Assembly (NCBI GenBank): GCA_053919585.1
Contig: CM132788.1
Direction: 5' to 3' (one strand)
Source of the DNA: Euprymna scolopes
Lineage: Eukaryota
Length of the DNA stretch: 64,000 bases
Every line of letters starts with the position of its first letter. The first letter of the stretch is position 1. Shown here piece after piece: positions 1 through 13,237 of the stretch. The notes beneath the pieces were generated by a model, which saw only the letters and a list, made by a program, of their open reading frames with translations, was not told where the DNA came from and did no database searches. The position numbers and the translations under genes are program-made.

Positions 1-19
1 CATGTTAAACATATTTAAT

Positions 20-740
20 TTTACATAGGCATTATCACTTATTAAGGCAGAGAGACCACTTGAGTATAAGGGTTAAAGAGTGTACAGTAGAAATCGGACA
101 ATGTAGTAATCGTTAGTAAGAGAACTTCGGTAAATTTGTTAACTTATATGGAACGGCTCATCAAAAACTAGTTTACGTTAGACTTGGAGTCAGCTGGAAA
201 GCAGGAAAACGAAAGACAAATACATAGGCGTGCAGTTCTAAGTAGAAGCTTTGTTCATGGAATCTATGTTTAGGTTTAGTCACAGATAAAGTGTGGGGGG
301 AATTAGTGATATTGTTTTCTGCTTGACGGGTTTTTCTTATGAAAGTTTGGCGAGGGGGATCATAGATTGGAACTAAGCCTAGCACTTGCCATGAAAATAA
401 CGATAAAGCAAGGACAAACTCGCAACATCTCTTTTTGTGAGAAAGATGTTGCAGGGAAGAGAAAAAGACATCCCTTACGAGGCTACGAAGTCTATTTCGA
501 ACTCTATCAAGGCAGGACAAGTCCTTTCTAGCAGCTCCTGCCCAAATGTGGCAAGAGTACTCCATCTTTGGGCGTACCTGGCTCTTATATAGATATACAA
601 TTGTATCAGCAGTGAGATATCTACTGGATGGATAGAAGGACCCCCCCATTTTTCTAGCGGCCTTGGGAACGCATTTAATGTATGTGTTCTATTTAAAATC
701 AGGAGTAAAGTTCAATCCCAGAAGATTGTCAAAAGATGAG
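20..740 (-). mobile_element. CR1-group LINE family A, 5'-truncated 3' fragment (RT C-terminus + 3' UTR)
   Basis: ORF 173-649(-) has YLYKSQVRPKMEYSCHIW..LSH, the CR1/L2-type RT C-terminal motif; 3' UTR matches copies at 14.1, 33.0, 54.5 and 61.3 kb. Confidence 0.9.
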
Positions 741-3700
741 TTGCAATTAATCCTTACGCAATATGGATAAACTCAGATTGTTCATAATCAATATCTTTAC
801 TTTTAGAATAACGATTAGAAGTCTGCTGAATAGTTTGATCACAGGAAATTTTGGTAAAAGCATTTGAGCAAAATCTTCTTCTACGCATTATTTATATATC
901 AGTGAATGAGTAGTAAAAAGATTGTACATCTCCAACTAATAAACTGCAAGACACCTGCTCAAGTTAACACGGTCATATGTAAAAACTCAAGATAGCATCT
1001 GTCAAACACTTGTCAACTGAAGTTCCAAATTTTACTCTAGAATACCTCAAAGAAAAAAGTGAGAATTTCTGCTATGTGGATATATTAACTCCAGAATTCA
1101 AAGCTATCTTTTGGGTATCACCTTGTATAAACTCTTCATCTGATAATATGATTTTTTGTAAATTTTCACTTTTGAGAATCTCTTCTATACTGAAGTCCTA
1201 CACATGACAAACATGTCTTTAACTGTTCTCCTGTTTCTGCCATTTCTTCAGGAACCTTTTCTGAATAGATTGCCATGATGCATTGTTCAGTTACTAAAAT
1301 ATGGGGTCCCACTGATTTATTGAAGTGTATCCCTGTAAAACTACATTAATTGAACATACATGAACAATTTGTGATCCAATAAGAATATCTTAAAGCCCGG
1401 CATCTCAGGAAACGCTTTACAAACACACAAGAACTGTATAGCAGGTGAAAAACTAATCTCTTTATAGAATATGGATTTTCGCATCTGATCAAATGTGCCT
1501 TTGAAGAGATTGTAATTGCAACTTTCTATAACTTGTCTTTCGATTTTTGGATTCTCATTATTTCCTTGTTTACAATAATTCGCGTTTGCGCCAAGTTGGC
1601 AAATACCTCAAATGTTTTACCGTATAGCGTTTGCTCAGTTTGTGAGGTTTTATGTTGGTTAAGCCAAGTATCGAGTGAAGTCACGTTAGCATGAGTTATA
1701 GTATTTCATCTCGATTGCTACAATTATTATTTTTTTTATTTGTATGAGAATTGTTTTATTTTAATCTTCTTCAACTTCTCGTTTAATTCTATATAGCACA
1801 TGTCACAATTTTCCCTGGTTCTTTTGCAAGATCTTTCGCACAATATCTTTTTTTATTTCTGTCACAATATACAAACATTTCGCAAAATATACTTTGATCT
1901 AACTAACAAAAATGACTGGTTAAAATTAATTAAAATTATTCAATCATGATTTGATAAAAGAAACACATTTGACTAATATGTTATTCTTTGTAGAGTTTAG
2001 CAACATAAAGAAAAATTATGTAGATAAAATGTGTATGTTTACATTATACAAAAATTGTTTGGTGAATTATATCAATCAGATCAAGAAATGTATTATGCAT
2101 TTTGTTGCTTATTAAAGTATACAAGTAAATTCAATCTGCGATGCATTTCATTTTACTAGTGAGTAACCATTTATCAGGGCTAGAAGCCACTCATAATAAA
2201 GGTTTATAAGTTTAATAGATTGTCAAGTTACTGGTTTTGGAAGTGCTAAATGTGAAATATTTTACCATAAACACTTGTATCTATATTTTGACATGAAACA
2301 ATTACACTTTTGCAGATTAATTAAGTATCTATTAATTTAAATGAGATCACTACAAAGCATTAAACTTAGAGAAATTGACAAATAGTAAGAGTTTTTTTTT
2401 TAACTGAGAGCAAATTGTAATGTCTACTCTGATAATATTGGTGATCGTTCCTTTTCTGATCAGTGAAGTAGAAGGTTTTCTATACTGAGGTAAATTTTCA
2501 TTTGGATCCCATTCAGACTGCCTTTTATAGTGGACCGAATTTAAAATTATATTAAAGCACGATATTTTTTCTAAATATATCAGGGGAAAGTAAATAGGGG
2601 CAAACGCTAATTTGTTTGTACGTGTGAGATTTTTCAAAATAGTTTTATATACATCCTTAATTTCTTATTTAAAGCAAAAAGGTATTAATGTACATTAACA
2701 TCCTCGTCTAAATAAAACAAAATGAGATTGTATGTGTTTAAATAAATTTGAATATGAAAAGTGAAAAAAACACTTAGCAAAATAAAATATATTTTTTCGA
2801 GTTTACTCCTGCGTTGTTTCGACGTCTTAGGGGAATTGCCCATATTTTTTCTATATGAGAACAAGTATGTACTTCTTAGAGGACTTGGTGGTAAATTTTA
2901 TTCGATTATTTGTGATTTTTCAATCTTGACACTCAGAATTTAGGTTAGTAGAAAAATAATTAACGACATACTCCACGAAATGGAGGATGAGTTTTTCTTA
3001 TAATTTACACATTAAACGTTACTCTATATTTATTTTTCTCCTCTAAAGTTTTATCTGGTGTCCAATTATCTATTAATAGTCTAAGAAAATAAAAACACCA
3101 TTTTAGGAGGTAGGATGAGAAAATATTGTCTCTTCAAAAATGTGTACCAATAAAATTAATTAACAACTTAAACTTACCTTAAAAAACTCATTATTCTTTT
3201 CTATTATTTCCTCAATTCTTTAAACTTTTTCTGATAATCCGGGAAATGCACATTCTATAAAACCCAATACGACATTTTTTGGCACGTGAATTACAAATAA
3301 AGTCGAAGTTCTATTTTGCAATCACTGCGTACGTGCTCGAAAATTTTGTAACATATTCTAAAGAGCGCGTACATGTCCTAGATGAAAAACATCTAATATT
3401 CAATATTTTATTCGGATATATGCACACAGCGGGCACGTTTTCGCCTCCGTTTACAAAAGTTTTTTTCCCTCACTGGAAGCAGCCAGAGAAATGTTTTGAC
3501 TCACACGTCGATGATTGTGATTGGTTGAGTGTAAGAAGTAATTTATATAAATATTCATTTTTTTACGAGTGCAAATACATAGTTAGCGCCTTTTTCTGGA
3601 TTTAAATTATTTATTAATGCACCAGAATCTTGCGTGTTAAAAGAATGCCTATGTTTCCTATGATTTTATACATATTATATTCATATTAAGGTTCATAAAT

Positions 3701-3901
3701 AAGTCATCATTTTCACCTCCAGGTTGAGGGCACATTTTGTCGTGATTGCTGTTTTTTTAATCAATTATATAAGTCCATTGAAATACATGTTTCAATTTTT
3801 CCAATGTAGTAGATAAAAACACAGGAGGAGAAAGAAAATATAATCTCTCTATTATAATTTCCATCGAACAAAGTTGACGAAAAAAAATTAAGTGTAAATC
3901 A

Positions 3902-3902
<1 letters not shown>

Positions 3903-3960
<58 letters not shown>

Positions 3961-4112
3961 TTCTGACGATGCTAGTTGGACATTTCCTCTCTTTGGGGAT
4001 CTTCCTCTACGTGAATCAATATGTAAACTCATTCAGGACTCACAGTAATAAATTTCTTATATACTGCTCTGGCTACACATTGAGCACTCTATTCCGGTTT
4101 TTTAACCACTGG

Positions 4113-4185
<73 letters not shown>

Positions 4186-4212
4186 TTATTAACTACGTAA
4201 AAGCTTTTAGTA

Positions 4213-4262
<50 letters not shown>
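3903..4262. repeat. Three (TA)n microsatellites
   Basis: Pure TA runs at about 3903-3957, 4117-4180, 4219-4262. Confidence 0.95.
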
Positions 4263-4267
<5 letters not shown>

Positions 4268-6633
4268 TACTATGAGCAGAACACAAAATTTGACCCTTAC
4301 AATTGTGAGATGAATTGCTATATTTTTTGGCGTAGGAAGGCATTGTATGCAACTTTCGGCCATTAAGTTTATTTAAGATATTTATTATAAATACACTTTT
4401 CTTTTTCTAAAACTTATCATAAAATGTCGACATTTAGATGATTGTCTGATTAGAGAAGATTAAGATAAGCTGTGGATTTTAATGAAAATCTAGCGAAGTT
4501 TACTTATTCTGTTCAATTCATTTAATCTTGAAGGAAACGTTTTGGTTTTATTTCATTATAGTTTGCTTGACTGAGTTTCATTTGTTTTTCCATTCGCTTA
4601 GCTTTAGTTCATACAAGAAAAGGCATTTCAAATGTCCAAAATGAACTTCAGTGAGGGAATAATTTTACTTGTACTGAAACTACGTAAATAGGAGCGATAG
4701 AAAAATTAAAGGAATGGATTCGTTTCGAGCTGAACTAATTAAAAGGACTCCCCACGAATGCATTTGAACAATCGAGAGCGTTGGATTCTTTATTATATTG
4801 TTTTGAAAGAAAAACACTTCTGGACTTAGCTTTTTTTCTGCAGACAAGACTTAGTCAAGAAAACACAATACCTCATACTCTTATGAACATTTTATATGGA
4901 GTAATGCCCTCCACGTGGATCTAACCAATGAGACAGGTTGGTTTCTCATTGATCCTTGTTCTATATCTCTCCAACATCTTTTTATTTTAAAAGCCAAAAG
5001 CGTGTATCATATTCGAAAGTTGTTAATCGAATTAATATAACTTCAAAATAAACGTATTTATGTATAAAGGTCGAGTCACATGTAGCTAAATTCTCTTAAT
5101 ATCTATACTTTGTTCTAGGAGAAATCCTTCCGGCTAAGCATATCATTAGCTGGCAGTTTCTAATCGCCTGTGAAATTAGCCCCGATTCCTCTTCCTGCAC
5201 TGACACTTTTGAACATTTTTCTTCTGTCATAGTTGCGTTTCTTCCTTCAGATATCCTGTTGTTGCTTTTAGCGCCGTTGAATAGGTGATATTTCTAACAA
5301 ACATAAAAACAAGGACTTCAAAAATAAAAAAAAAACACACACACACAATTCTTTGGCTTTAGTGTTTTCTTCCCCATCATTGTTTCTACGTTTAATTTTG
5401 TGCTTTCAATACCCGTTTCCAAATAACCTACTAATCTTATTTCATTCATAAACTGCTCAGAAGTATTAAAATGAATAGAACACGTATATATGAGACATAC
5501 CCGAAGCAATATCATAAGAAAATTTTCACACCTATTGGTTATATTACATGGGATATATTTGAGGAGCGCATTATCGGTGTACATCTCTTCCTTTGACAAA
5601 GCCAAAGCGAAACTTAAACCTAACTCTTTGTGCTACGACTCATGTATCTCTCAAACCTCGAACCTGAATCGCAGATGTAATTATTAATATATGCTTATAC
5701 AATAGTACCCCGCGATATGCTGGCCCTAGAATACGATTTATTCAGGTCACGATGTGGAATACGGTGTTTTCCCCGGTCACTGGTAAGGTATTTGTCCCAG
5801 ATTACGGTTTTATTTCTATTTATATATTATTATGAACATGTACATGTGAATTATAGACTGCCCTGTATTTTGTTGCTAATATTAATGCTGAATTCCGGGG
5901 TTCTACCGTGCATATTTATATTCATATTTAAGTGTTTTATTTTAGTCGTTCGTTTTATTCACAGGGGAACAAGTCAATCGAAATAACTGGTTATAACTAG
6001 CCGCATAACATCTGCTACAATCACATTGATGAAAGGTAATATATAATTTGGTGTCTACAGAACATTATCACTCTAAAGACATTGACTGAACTAATCTGAT
6101 TTATCTTTCTACTGTACAAAATGCACAACAGACGTTCAAGATTTTGTATCTCATTGTACATATTTTCTTTATCACTGAGTTTCTATTATTAAAACTGTTT
6201 CTATAAAACTATATTAGTTTTAGGAGCACCATATATGTGAGACATATTTCGTCAGGATTTTTTCTCTGGGGGCTACGATGTAATCACTTCTGAATTTAAT
6301 TCGAATAAAAATGTGCCATAATAATTCTATATTGAGTAATTAGCTAGTGGATAACTCTAATATTTATCAGCAAATTCTCTATTCATCGTTTTCAACTCTA
6401 AATCTATGATCTCATTAACCTGTATATTCATGTGAATTTAAGCATCTATATAACGTAACACACTAGTAAACTTATATAAAAAGTTACATTTTATTAAATT
6501 GATTCCACATCATTAATTTAATTCGTTATGCGCCGTTTAAAGTCGATGGCTGGGTAAGTTAAACGCGAGACCTGATATCTTGTTCCGCATATTGGTTTTA
6601 CGTTTTTTATATGAGAAAAAGATTCTAATATGC

Positions 6634-6636
6634 ATA

Positions 6637-6696
<60 letters not shown>

Positions 6697-6719
6697 TAGA
6701 TAGATAGATAGATAGATAT
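6634..6719. repeat. Compound (TA)n(GA)n(GATA)n microsatellite
   Basis: Seen directly. Confidence 0.95.
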
Positions 6720-8074
6720 GCATATAAGTATACGTATTCTTCTCGCCACCTCCGATGGGAACGTTATAAAGTTGTCAACTAATACTCTAACCGGTAAACT
6801 GTTTAAAGGTGTGATCAATTACAGACATAACTAATAAAACCATATAAAACAGACATAACTAATAAAAAAATCATTATTTTTAGTAATTCTGGGCGAATTT
6901 TTATTTCAATTTTTAACAGTTTAATAAAATATAGTCTACTGACGGTTCGTGTTTGCAACTAGAAATTGTTGAGAAACTCTATTGCACAGATCTAAATACT
7001 GAGATCAAATCTTGCATCAAGATATGTGCATGTCTTACTGGGTTGAACTGCTTACATCTGCAACATTTGAAATAATAAAACAGACATAAAATCACATACC
7101 ATATAAGGTAATTCATCTAATATTCCATCAACAATATTTTCTGAAAAATATTTTAACCTAGTAATATTAAAACAAATACCAAATTCCAGGCGATAAATAT
7201 TTAATAATTTCCATAGTAATGGAAGAGTATTTATTTAAAATATCGACAATGTACAGAAGTTTTTATCATTTTGAGTCTAATTTATTATGTTAAAAAATTA
7301 AAAATACGTGTTAATTAAAAAATAATCTGTAACGACAAATTTGCAAAAACAGTAATTTAATGCTCTAAGAAAAGAAAATGACTAATATGAGAACAGGCTA
7401 ACAATAAACACAATTTAAGATCATTGCACACACATGTGCATATTTAGTGCGTGTTTCTGTGTACCTGTAGACAGATACGTATAGAAATAGATGCATAATT
7501 ACTAATATTTTAATGGGCAGTTACATTTCACTTTGAGAAAGAAAACTCAGCTGAATAGAAACCAAGCGAAACAATCTGATGATAAAATGCAACACAAAAT
7601 TAACAAATAATTAATGGAAAAGCATCGATTTTACAAATATTTTTTATACCGAAATATTTATAATTATAAATTATGACAGTATCTTTAAGAATCGGTTTGG
7701 GACATCAACGTGAATAATTTATATTATCAGAAAACATATATTAATATCATATAATATCATGCATATAAAATTATAGGTCAGATATTTAAGTTAAAAACCA
7801 ATTATTTATACGGATTCACAGGAACGAACGTTTTACGACATTCGGTTGCGCATGCTCGCATAAACATTTACCCAGAACAACGTAAACAAATAAAGACAAA
7901 TCGCTTCTTTTTTTGTGAAATATTAACGTCATTATTACGAAATTATTATCTAACATGGGAAGAGTGGAGGTATTTTCAACTATTCTTTATCACAACTGTA
8001 CTGTCGTTATTTTCTTACAACTAAACAACTTTAACCCGTTGGCAAGCATAAGAACAATTGTAGTAAAGCCAAGA

Positions 8075-8142
8075 CGACTACTACTACTATTACTACTACT
8101 CCTATTATTACTACTACTACACCTACTCCTACTAGTGCTACT
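8075..8142. repeat. Imperfect (CTA)n microsatellite
   Basis: Seen directly; explains the poly-Leu ORF 7955-8218. Confidence 0.9.
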
Positions 8143-8691
8143 CTCTATCCGCCCCTTTTCCTTCCTTCATTCGTGCCTTCTTTTTTATTTTTTCTTTACA
8201 TTTCTAGATACAAAATAGTTGTGTGAAAACGGTGATAAGTTGACGCATTAACTAATCTGTTTCAATATCATTTTTATTTTATTTTATTTATTGAGGTTTC
8301 ATTTTTTGTTTCAGGTTTTATTAATTATCTTTGTTTTAGATTTTAAGTTTCTATAACTTGGTTGCAGGATTCCAATATGCGTTTTTCAGTCTCATATTTT
8401 TCATCGGTAGATTCCTGTGCGTTTTTGCTGCTAAATTACTTTCTTCGGCGTTGATTCTAAGGAAAATCATGTTTATTTTCGATTTTTGATCGATTATTCG
8501 GAAAAATAGGTACATTAACACGAATATGGAGTGTTTTCTTTTCATAGCTCAGTCATCCGTCCGTGATTTTTCCATTTAATATACTTTAATAGAAATGTTT
8601 ATGTTATGTAAAAAAAAAAACACCTATATTCTTTACGTCACAAGTGTAACGCTCATACATGCATTCCATAGCAAATATAACATCCTGGCCC

Positions 8692-8881
8692 NNNNNNNNN
8701 NNNNNNNNNNNNNNNNNNNNNNNNNNNNNNNNNNNNNNNNNNNNNNNNNNNNNNNNNNNNNNNNNNNNNNNNNNNNNNNNNNNNNNNNNNNNNNNNNNNN
8801 NNNNNNNNNNNNNNNNNNNNNNNNNNNNNNNNNNNNNNNNNNNNNNNNNNNNNNNNNNNNNNNNNNNNNNNNNNNNNNNNN
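8692..8881. other. Assembly gap
   Basis: N run. Confidence 1.
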
Positions 8882-10055
8882 ATAGAAATATGTATATTTA
8901 AATAAGGGGGTAGTCACCAACAATGTGTATTTTTTAACATTATTTTATTATTCCGTGTCTTGGTTTTTCATTGAGAATTGTGTTTGCATCATTGTAATCA
9001 TGTTTTTAAATCATTGAAATCGTTTTTACGCGTTTCAGACGTTCTGTGAAGCGTCCTCGTCAGAAATTATTTTCAAATGTGTTGGAGATGTAAAAATGGC
9101 ATTTTTCTAGTTCATTTGAGGTGTTTCCAAGTGGTGGAGGCGTGAAAGTGTCTATTATTCATTGGAATGTTCAATTTTTACTGCTCTTTTATTGGGCTTG
9201 TCGAGGCCGCTGACCTGTAGTCACTCTCGTGTTGTGTTTCTCTCTGTCTCACTCTCTCTTTCTGCTCGTGTTTTTCCCTTTCTCTTTAGTGTAGGGTGTG
9301 TGGGTGGGTGTATGTGTTTTCTTTTATTGGTTTGATAGTATTATGAGATTGTTTGCTAGGAAAGTGACTGTGATACAAGGTCGTTACTAATGTGTATGTG
9401 TGAGGAGGCGGGCCGGCTCTTCTGAAATAAGGGTAGGGGTGCTTTCATTCTATTTTGATATTTATTTTTTGGATTCTTGGATTTTAGTATTGTGATTTTT
9501 CGTTTCAGTTTTTTCGGGTATTTTTATATTATGTTCGTTTAGATTGGGGGTGTATTTAAAATATGTATAGGGGATTTTTTAATGTTTCTATTTATTTGTC
9601 TCCCCATGTGGGTATGCCCAGACCCAGGATCAGTTCCTAGTGCGGGGAAGATTTTGTTCCCCAGAGGGGGAATAGGGGGTATAGGTATGGGAGGGGGGTG
9701 ATAGAAGGGATGATAGTTGTCTGAGTCATGAAGGCCTTCTCTTCAACTGACGGATGAGAGAGCGAAGTGTTGGAACAGATATAATACTATGATTCTAGGT
9801 GTTTCCTAGTGTTGTTAGTTTCGAGGTTAAGTAGGGTTGGTATTGTTCAGTGTGGTGTATTAGAGATAGGGGTGTTAAGTCTGTGTGTGGTTGTATGCGC
9901 GCACGTGTGTGTTTTTATGTGTTGCTTGTGATTTATGTGTGGGGGTGTATATTTATATGTATATAGATGTGCATGCGAGTGTGCTTTGCATTTCATGTTT
10001 TTGTGTGTTGATATTAAGCTCTGTTCACTTCAGATTGGCATTATTTTGAAGACAT
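8882..10055 (-). mobile_element. Inverted copy of the Penelope-like element 3' end / pseudo-LTR
   Basis: Reverse complement of about 9996-10052 (ttcaaaataatgccaatct/gaagtgaacagagcttaatatcaacacacaaaaacat) matches 13118-13237 with a deletion of about 60 nt; strand composition flips from GT-rich to AC-rich at about 10055; contains a hammerhead core. Confidence 0.85.
9020..9070 (-). ncRNA. Minimal type I hammerhead ribozyme (Penelope pLTR type)
   Basis: Minus strand reads CUGACGA-GGACG-cuucacagaa-CGUCU-GAAA-CGCG-UA: intact core, 5-bp stem II, palindromic ACGCGU stem III; stem I is weak. Confidence 0.8.
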
Positions 10056-10062
10056 TTTTAAC

Positions 10063-13000
10063 CATGGAGGAGCAGTATATACCAAACAAATTCCGAGAAA
10101 AAGTCACACCAAAAGACACAGAGGAACAGAAGAAAATATAAAGAGCTCTAAACATATCAAAACTAAGCTGAAATCCTTATGCAGAGAGGAGGAGGAAAAC
10201 TCCAAAAGAATTATCGAAAGGAAGATAACCTGGCTGAAGAATCTACCAGAAAAAGAAACAAACGCACAAGTACCGAACATGACCAGTCAAACCTACCAAA
10301 AACTGAAACATACCCGATTTCAACAGCTGGGGAGATTCCAAAACAAAGGTAAGAAACGAGACAAACACCACTCTCAAACATACCCACACAATAGGCCAAA
10401 ACACACACAACGAAACGACCGGAACATATTCATACCATACACCCATGCTCACCAACTAACTAAACAAAAATTCCCATCTAGAACACCACACATCCACACA
10501 AGAACACAGACACAATACAAACACAAACACTACTACCAAAATGATCCTAAAAACAACATATCAACAACCGACAACCTACTACCACATGACAATACTAAAA
10601 GATACAACCTCCAACAACAATACGAAAATAGTTACTACCAACCACGTCACCCAACTCAGTCAAGAACCCTCTATCTCTTACCCCACCTCACCCACACAAA
10701 CCACCAAAAAATCCCCCTACTAAACAATTCCCACAGAAACAACCAAATGGAACAAAACCACCCCTATAGATACCACCCAACAAAAAACAATCTTTAGAAC
10801 ACCCACCCCTAGTACCCCACAGTACAAAACCGACCCCAAAAATATCCCCTACAAACACACAACCAATCCGAATACCCCAGATACCATCATAACCCACACA
10901 TACCTACAAAACGATACAACCCACGTCCCAACCGGATCAACGAAACTAACGACCCTCACAACCATTTTTTTTGGAATACCTCACAAAATGACAACACCAG
11001 TCCAGACAACAAAAAACCCAAAGTCATCAACCTATCTACAGAGACACTTACACAGGATGATATTGAAGTACTAAAACTAGGCCTCAAATTCGGCCCAACT
11101 TCCCAAAGTAAGATAGCAGAGTTAAAGAAAGACCTTGAAGAATTTGAACGCAAATTTAGACTCATAGATATACTTTATGACAGTGATAACACAACAGACG
11201 ACTCTCTAGTGAACAACAAATCAACATACTTCCCCAACAAACATAACAACACAAATGAACTAAATACCTTCTTTGAAACACTCTGGAGTCTCAACCCCCG
11301 ACAAAAAGAAACCCCCACCAGTAATCTAACACGAACACAAAATCAAGCACTTAAAAAATCCAACACTATAACAACTTAGTTATAAAGGAAGCAGCCAAAG
11401 CTAGTGCAGTGGTTATAATGAATAAGAACTTCTATAAAACAAATAATTTAGAATCACTAGAAAATGAAAATTATTACAAACTCATTAGCTCTTACATAGA
11501 CGACACAACCATATCTAAAATAACAAAACTCTGCACAACATACAATAGTACATTAACTAAAAAAGAAAAAGACTTCCATACAAACTTCACAACACAAACA
11601 AACATCTTCTATGGGCTACCCAACATACACAAATCTAACCAGGTAAGACATGCCATCAACATACAAAAGTCGGAGTACATAAGCACCCCAAACCCCAACG
11701 AGCTCACATTCAGACCCATAGTAGCAGCACCATCATGCCCAACACGCAGACTTAGCAACCTAATAGATATACTATTACAGTCCTTCACCAATATAGTCAG
11801 AAGTTTTGTAAGAGATGACACACACTTCCTTAGCTCCCTACCACAAGCAGTAGACAATGGGACAATACTAGCCACATTCGATGTTAGCAGTCTATATAGC
11901 AATAGCCCACACAATCTAAGAAAAGAAGCTATCGCATATTGGATTGACAAACATACACAGACTTTACACCCCAGATTCAACAAACAATTCGTGATTGATA
12001 GCATCGAAATAATCTTCAATAACAACTCCTTCCAATTCAATAAAGACAAATACGTCAAAATACTAGGCACAGCAATGGGTACTAAAATGGCACCGACATA
12101 TGCCACTCTTACACTCGCCTTCCTAGAAAGGATAGAGCAAAAGTACGGGCACACTATAAAAACACTCTTTATAAAATCTTGGAAAAGATGCCTAGACGAC
12201 TGCTTTATCCTCTGGAGAACCTCATGGGGGGATATCAAAGAACTCCACACCTTGCTAAAAAATCTACACCCAAAAATAAACTTCACACTAGAACAAAGCC
12301 CCACAGAACTACCTTTCCTAGACATCCTAGTAACAATCAAAAACAACAACATAATCACAGACATCTACCACAAACCCACAGACACTCAACAATGCCTCCA
12401 CTTCGAAAACCACCGTCCTAAAAACTGTCTAAAACCAATACCCTACTCCCTAGCACGTAGAGTCTGCAGCATAGTAACAGGCAGACACGTCCGTTCAACT
12501 AGGCTGAATGAACTACAAATAGCTCTGCGAAAAAGAGGATACTCACTTCCACTAATACAGAAAGGTATTGAACTGGCTGAAAAAATTCCAATCGACCAAC
12601 TAAGAACACCAAAAGAACACAACACGGAACAAATTTAAGCCTACGTCTCTACACACAACACAAACAACCGAGAAATATTCACACAGATAACAACAAACCT
12701 TATCCTCCTCAATCAGAACAACAAACTAAACAACATACTTAAAACAAGAAAAATAATTAAAAGCAAACGCCAACCTAAAAACTTAAAACACACCATAACT
12801 TCCTCAAAACTCGTCTCACACACTACAAAACGGGTTACAAAATGCAACAAACCGCGATGTGGGGAATGTTATATAATAATAGAAGGTAACATATACACAT
12901 TCAAAACCCCATCACAAACATTCAAAATAAAAAGGATCTAAATTGCACCTCCAGAAATGTAGAATATGCACTAAGATGCACAGCATGCAACAAATTCTAC

Positions 13001-13237
13001 ATAGGCGCCAGCAAAAATTTCAGCAATAGAGTGGCCTTACATAAGAGCACCATCAAAATTGAAAATAACAGACACCTCTATGTTTCAAAAAATGTGCACA
13101 CATGAAATGGAAAAAGCTTCAAAATAATGCCAATCTTCCAAACATACAATTATTTTTATTTACCTACACAGGAAAAAATTTCATCACCAGATTCACTCCT
13201 GAAATGAACAGAGCATAATATCAACACACAAAAACAT
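10063..13237 (+). mobile_element. Penelope-like retroelement (Naiad-like), decayed RT + GIY-YIG ORF
   Basis: FYGLPNIHK, FRPIVAAPSCPT, FDVSSLY, GTAMGTKMAPTYA, WKRCLDD, LPFLD, YHKPTD; linker CNKPRCGEC; endonuclease VEYALRCTACNKFYIG..RVALHK..FKIMPIF; several frameshifts and stops. Confidence 0.92.

Noticed and set aside
940-1720. Coding-like composition on the minus strand, possibly an old DNA-transposon ORF
   Set aside because: Stops in all frames and no motif I can name with confidence
3757-4313. ORFs with YIYIYI runs (also 6537, 29003, 47476, 53581, 60637)
   Set aside because: Translations of (TA)n microsatellites
5108-5294. Open minus-strand frame after a tgtttgttag acceptor (KYHLFNGAK..RISPRT)
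   Set aside because: Weak donor, no recognisable homology, no partner exons
11609-12364. 251-aa antisense ORF
   Set aside because: Shadow of the A/C-biased Penelope RT frame
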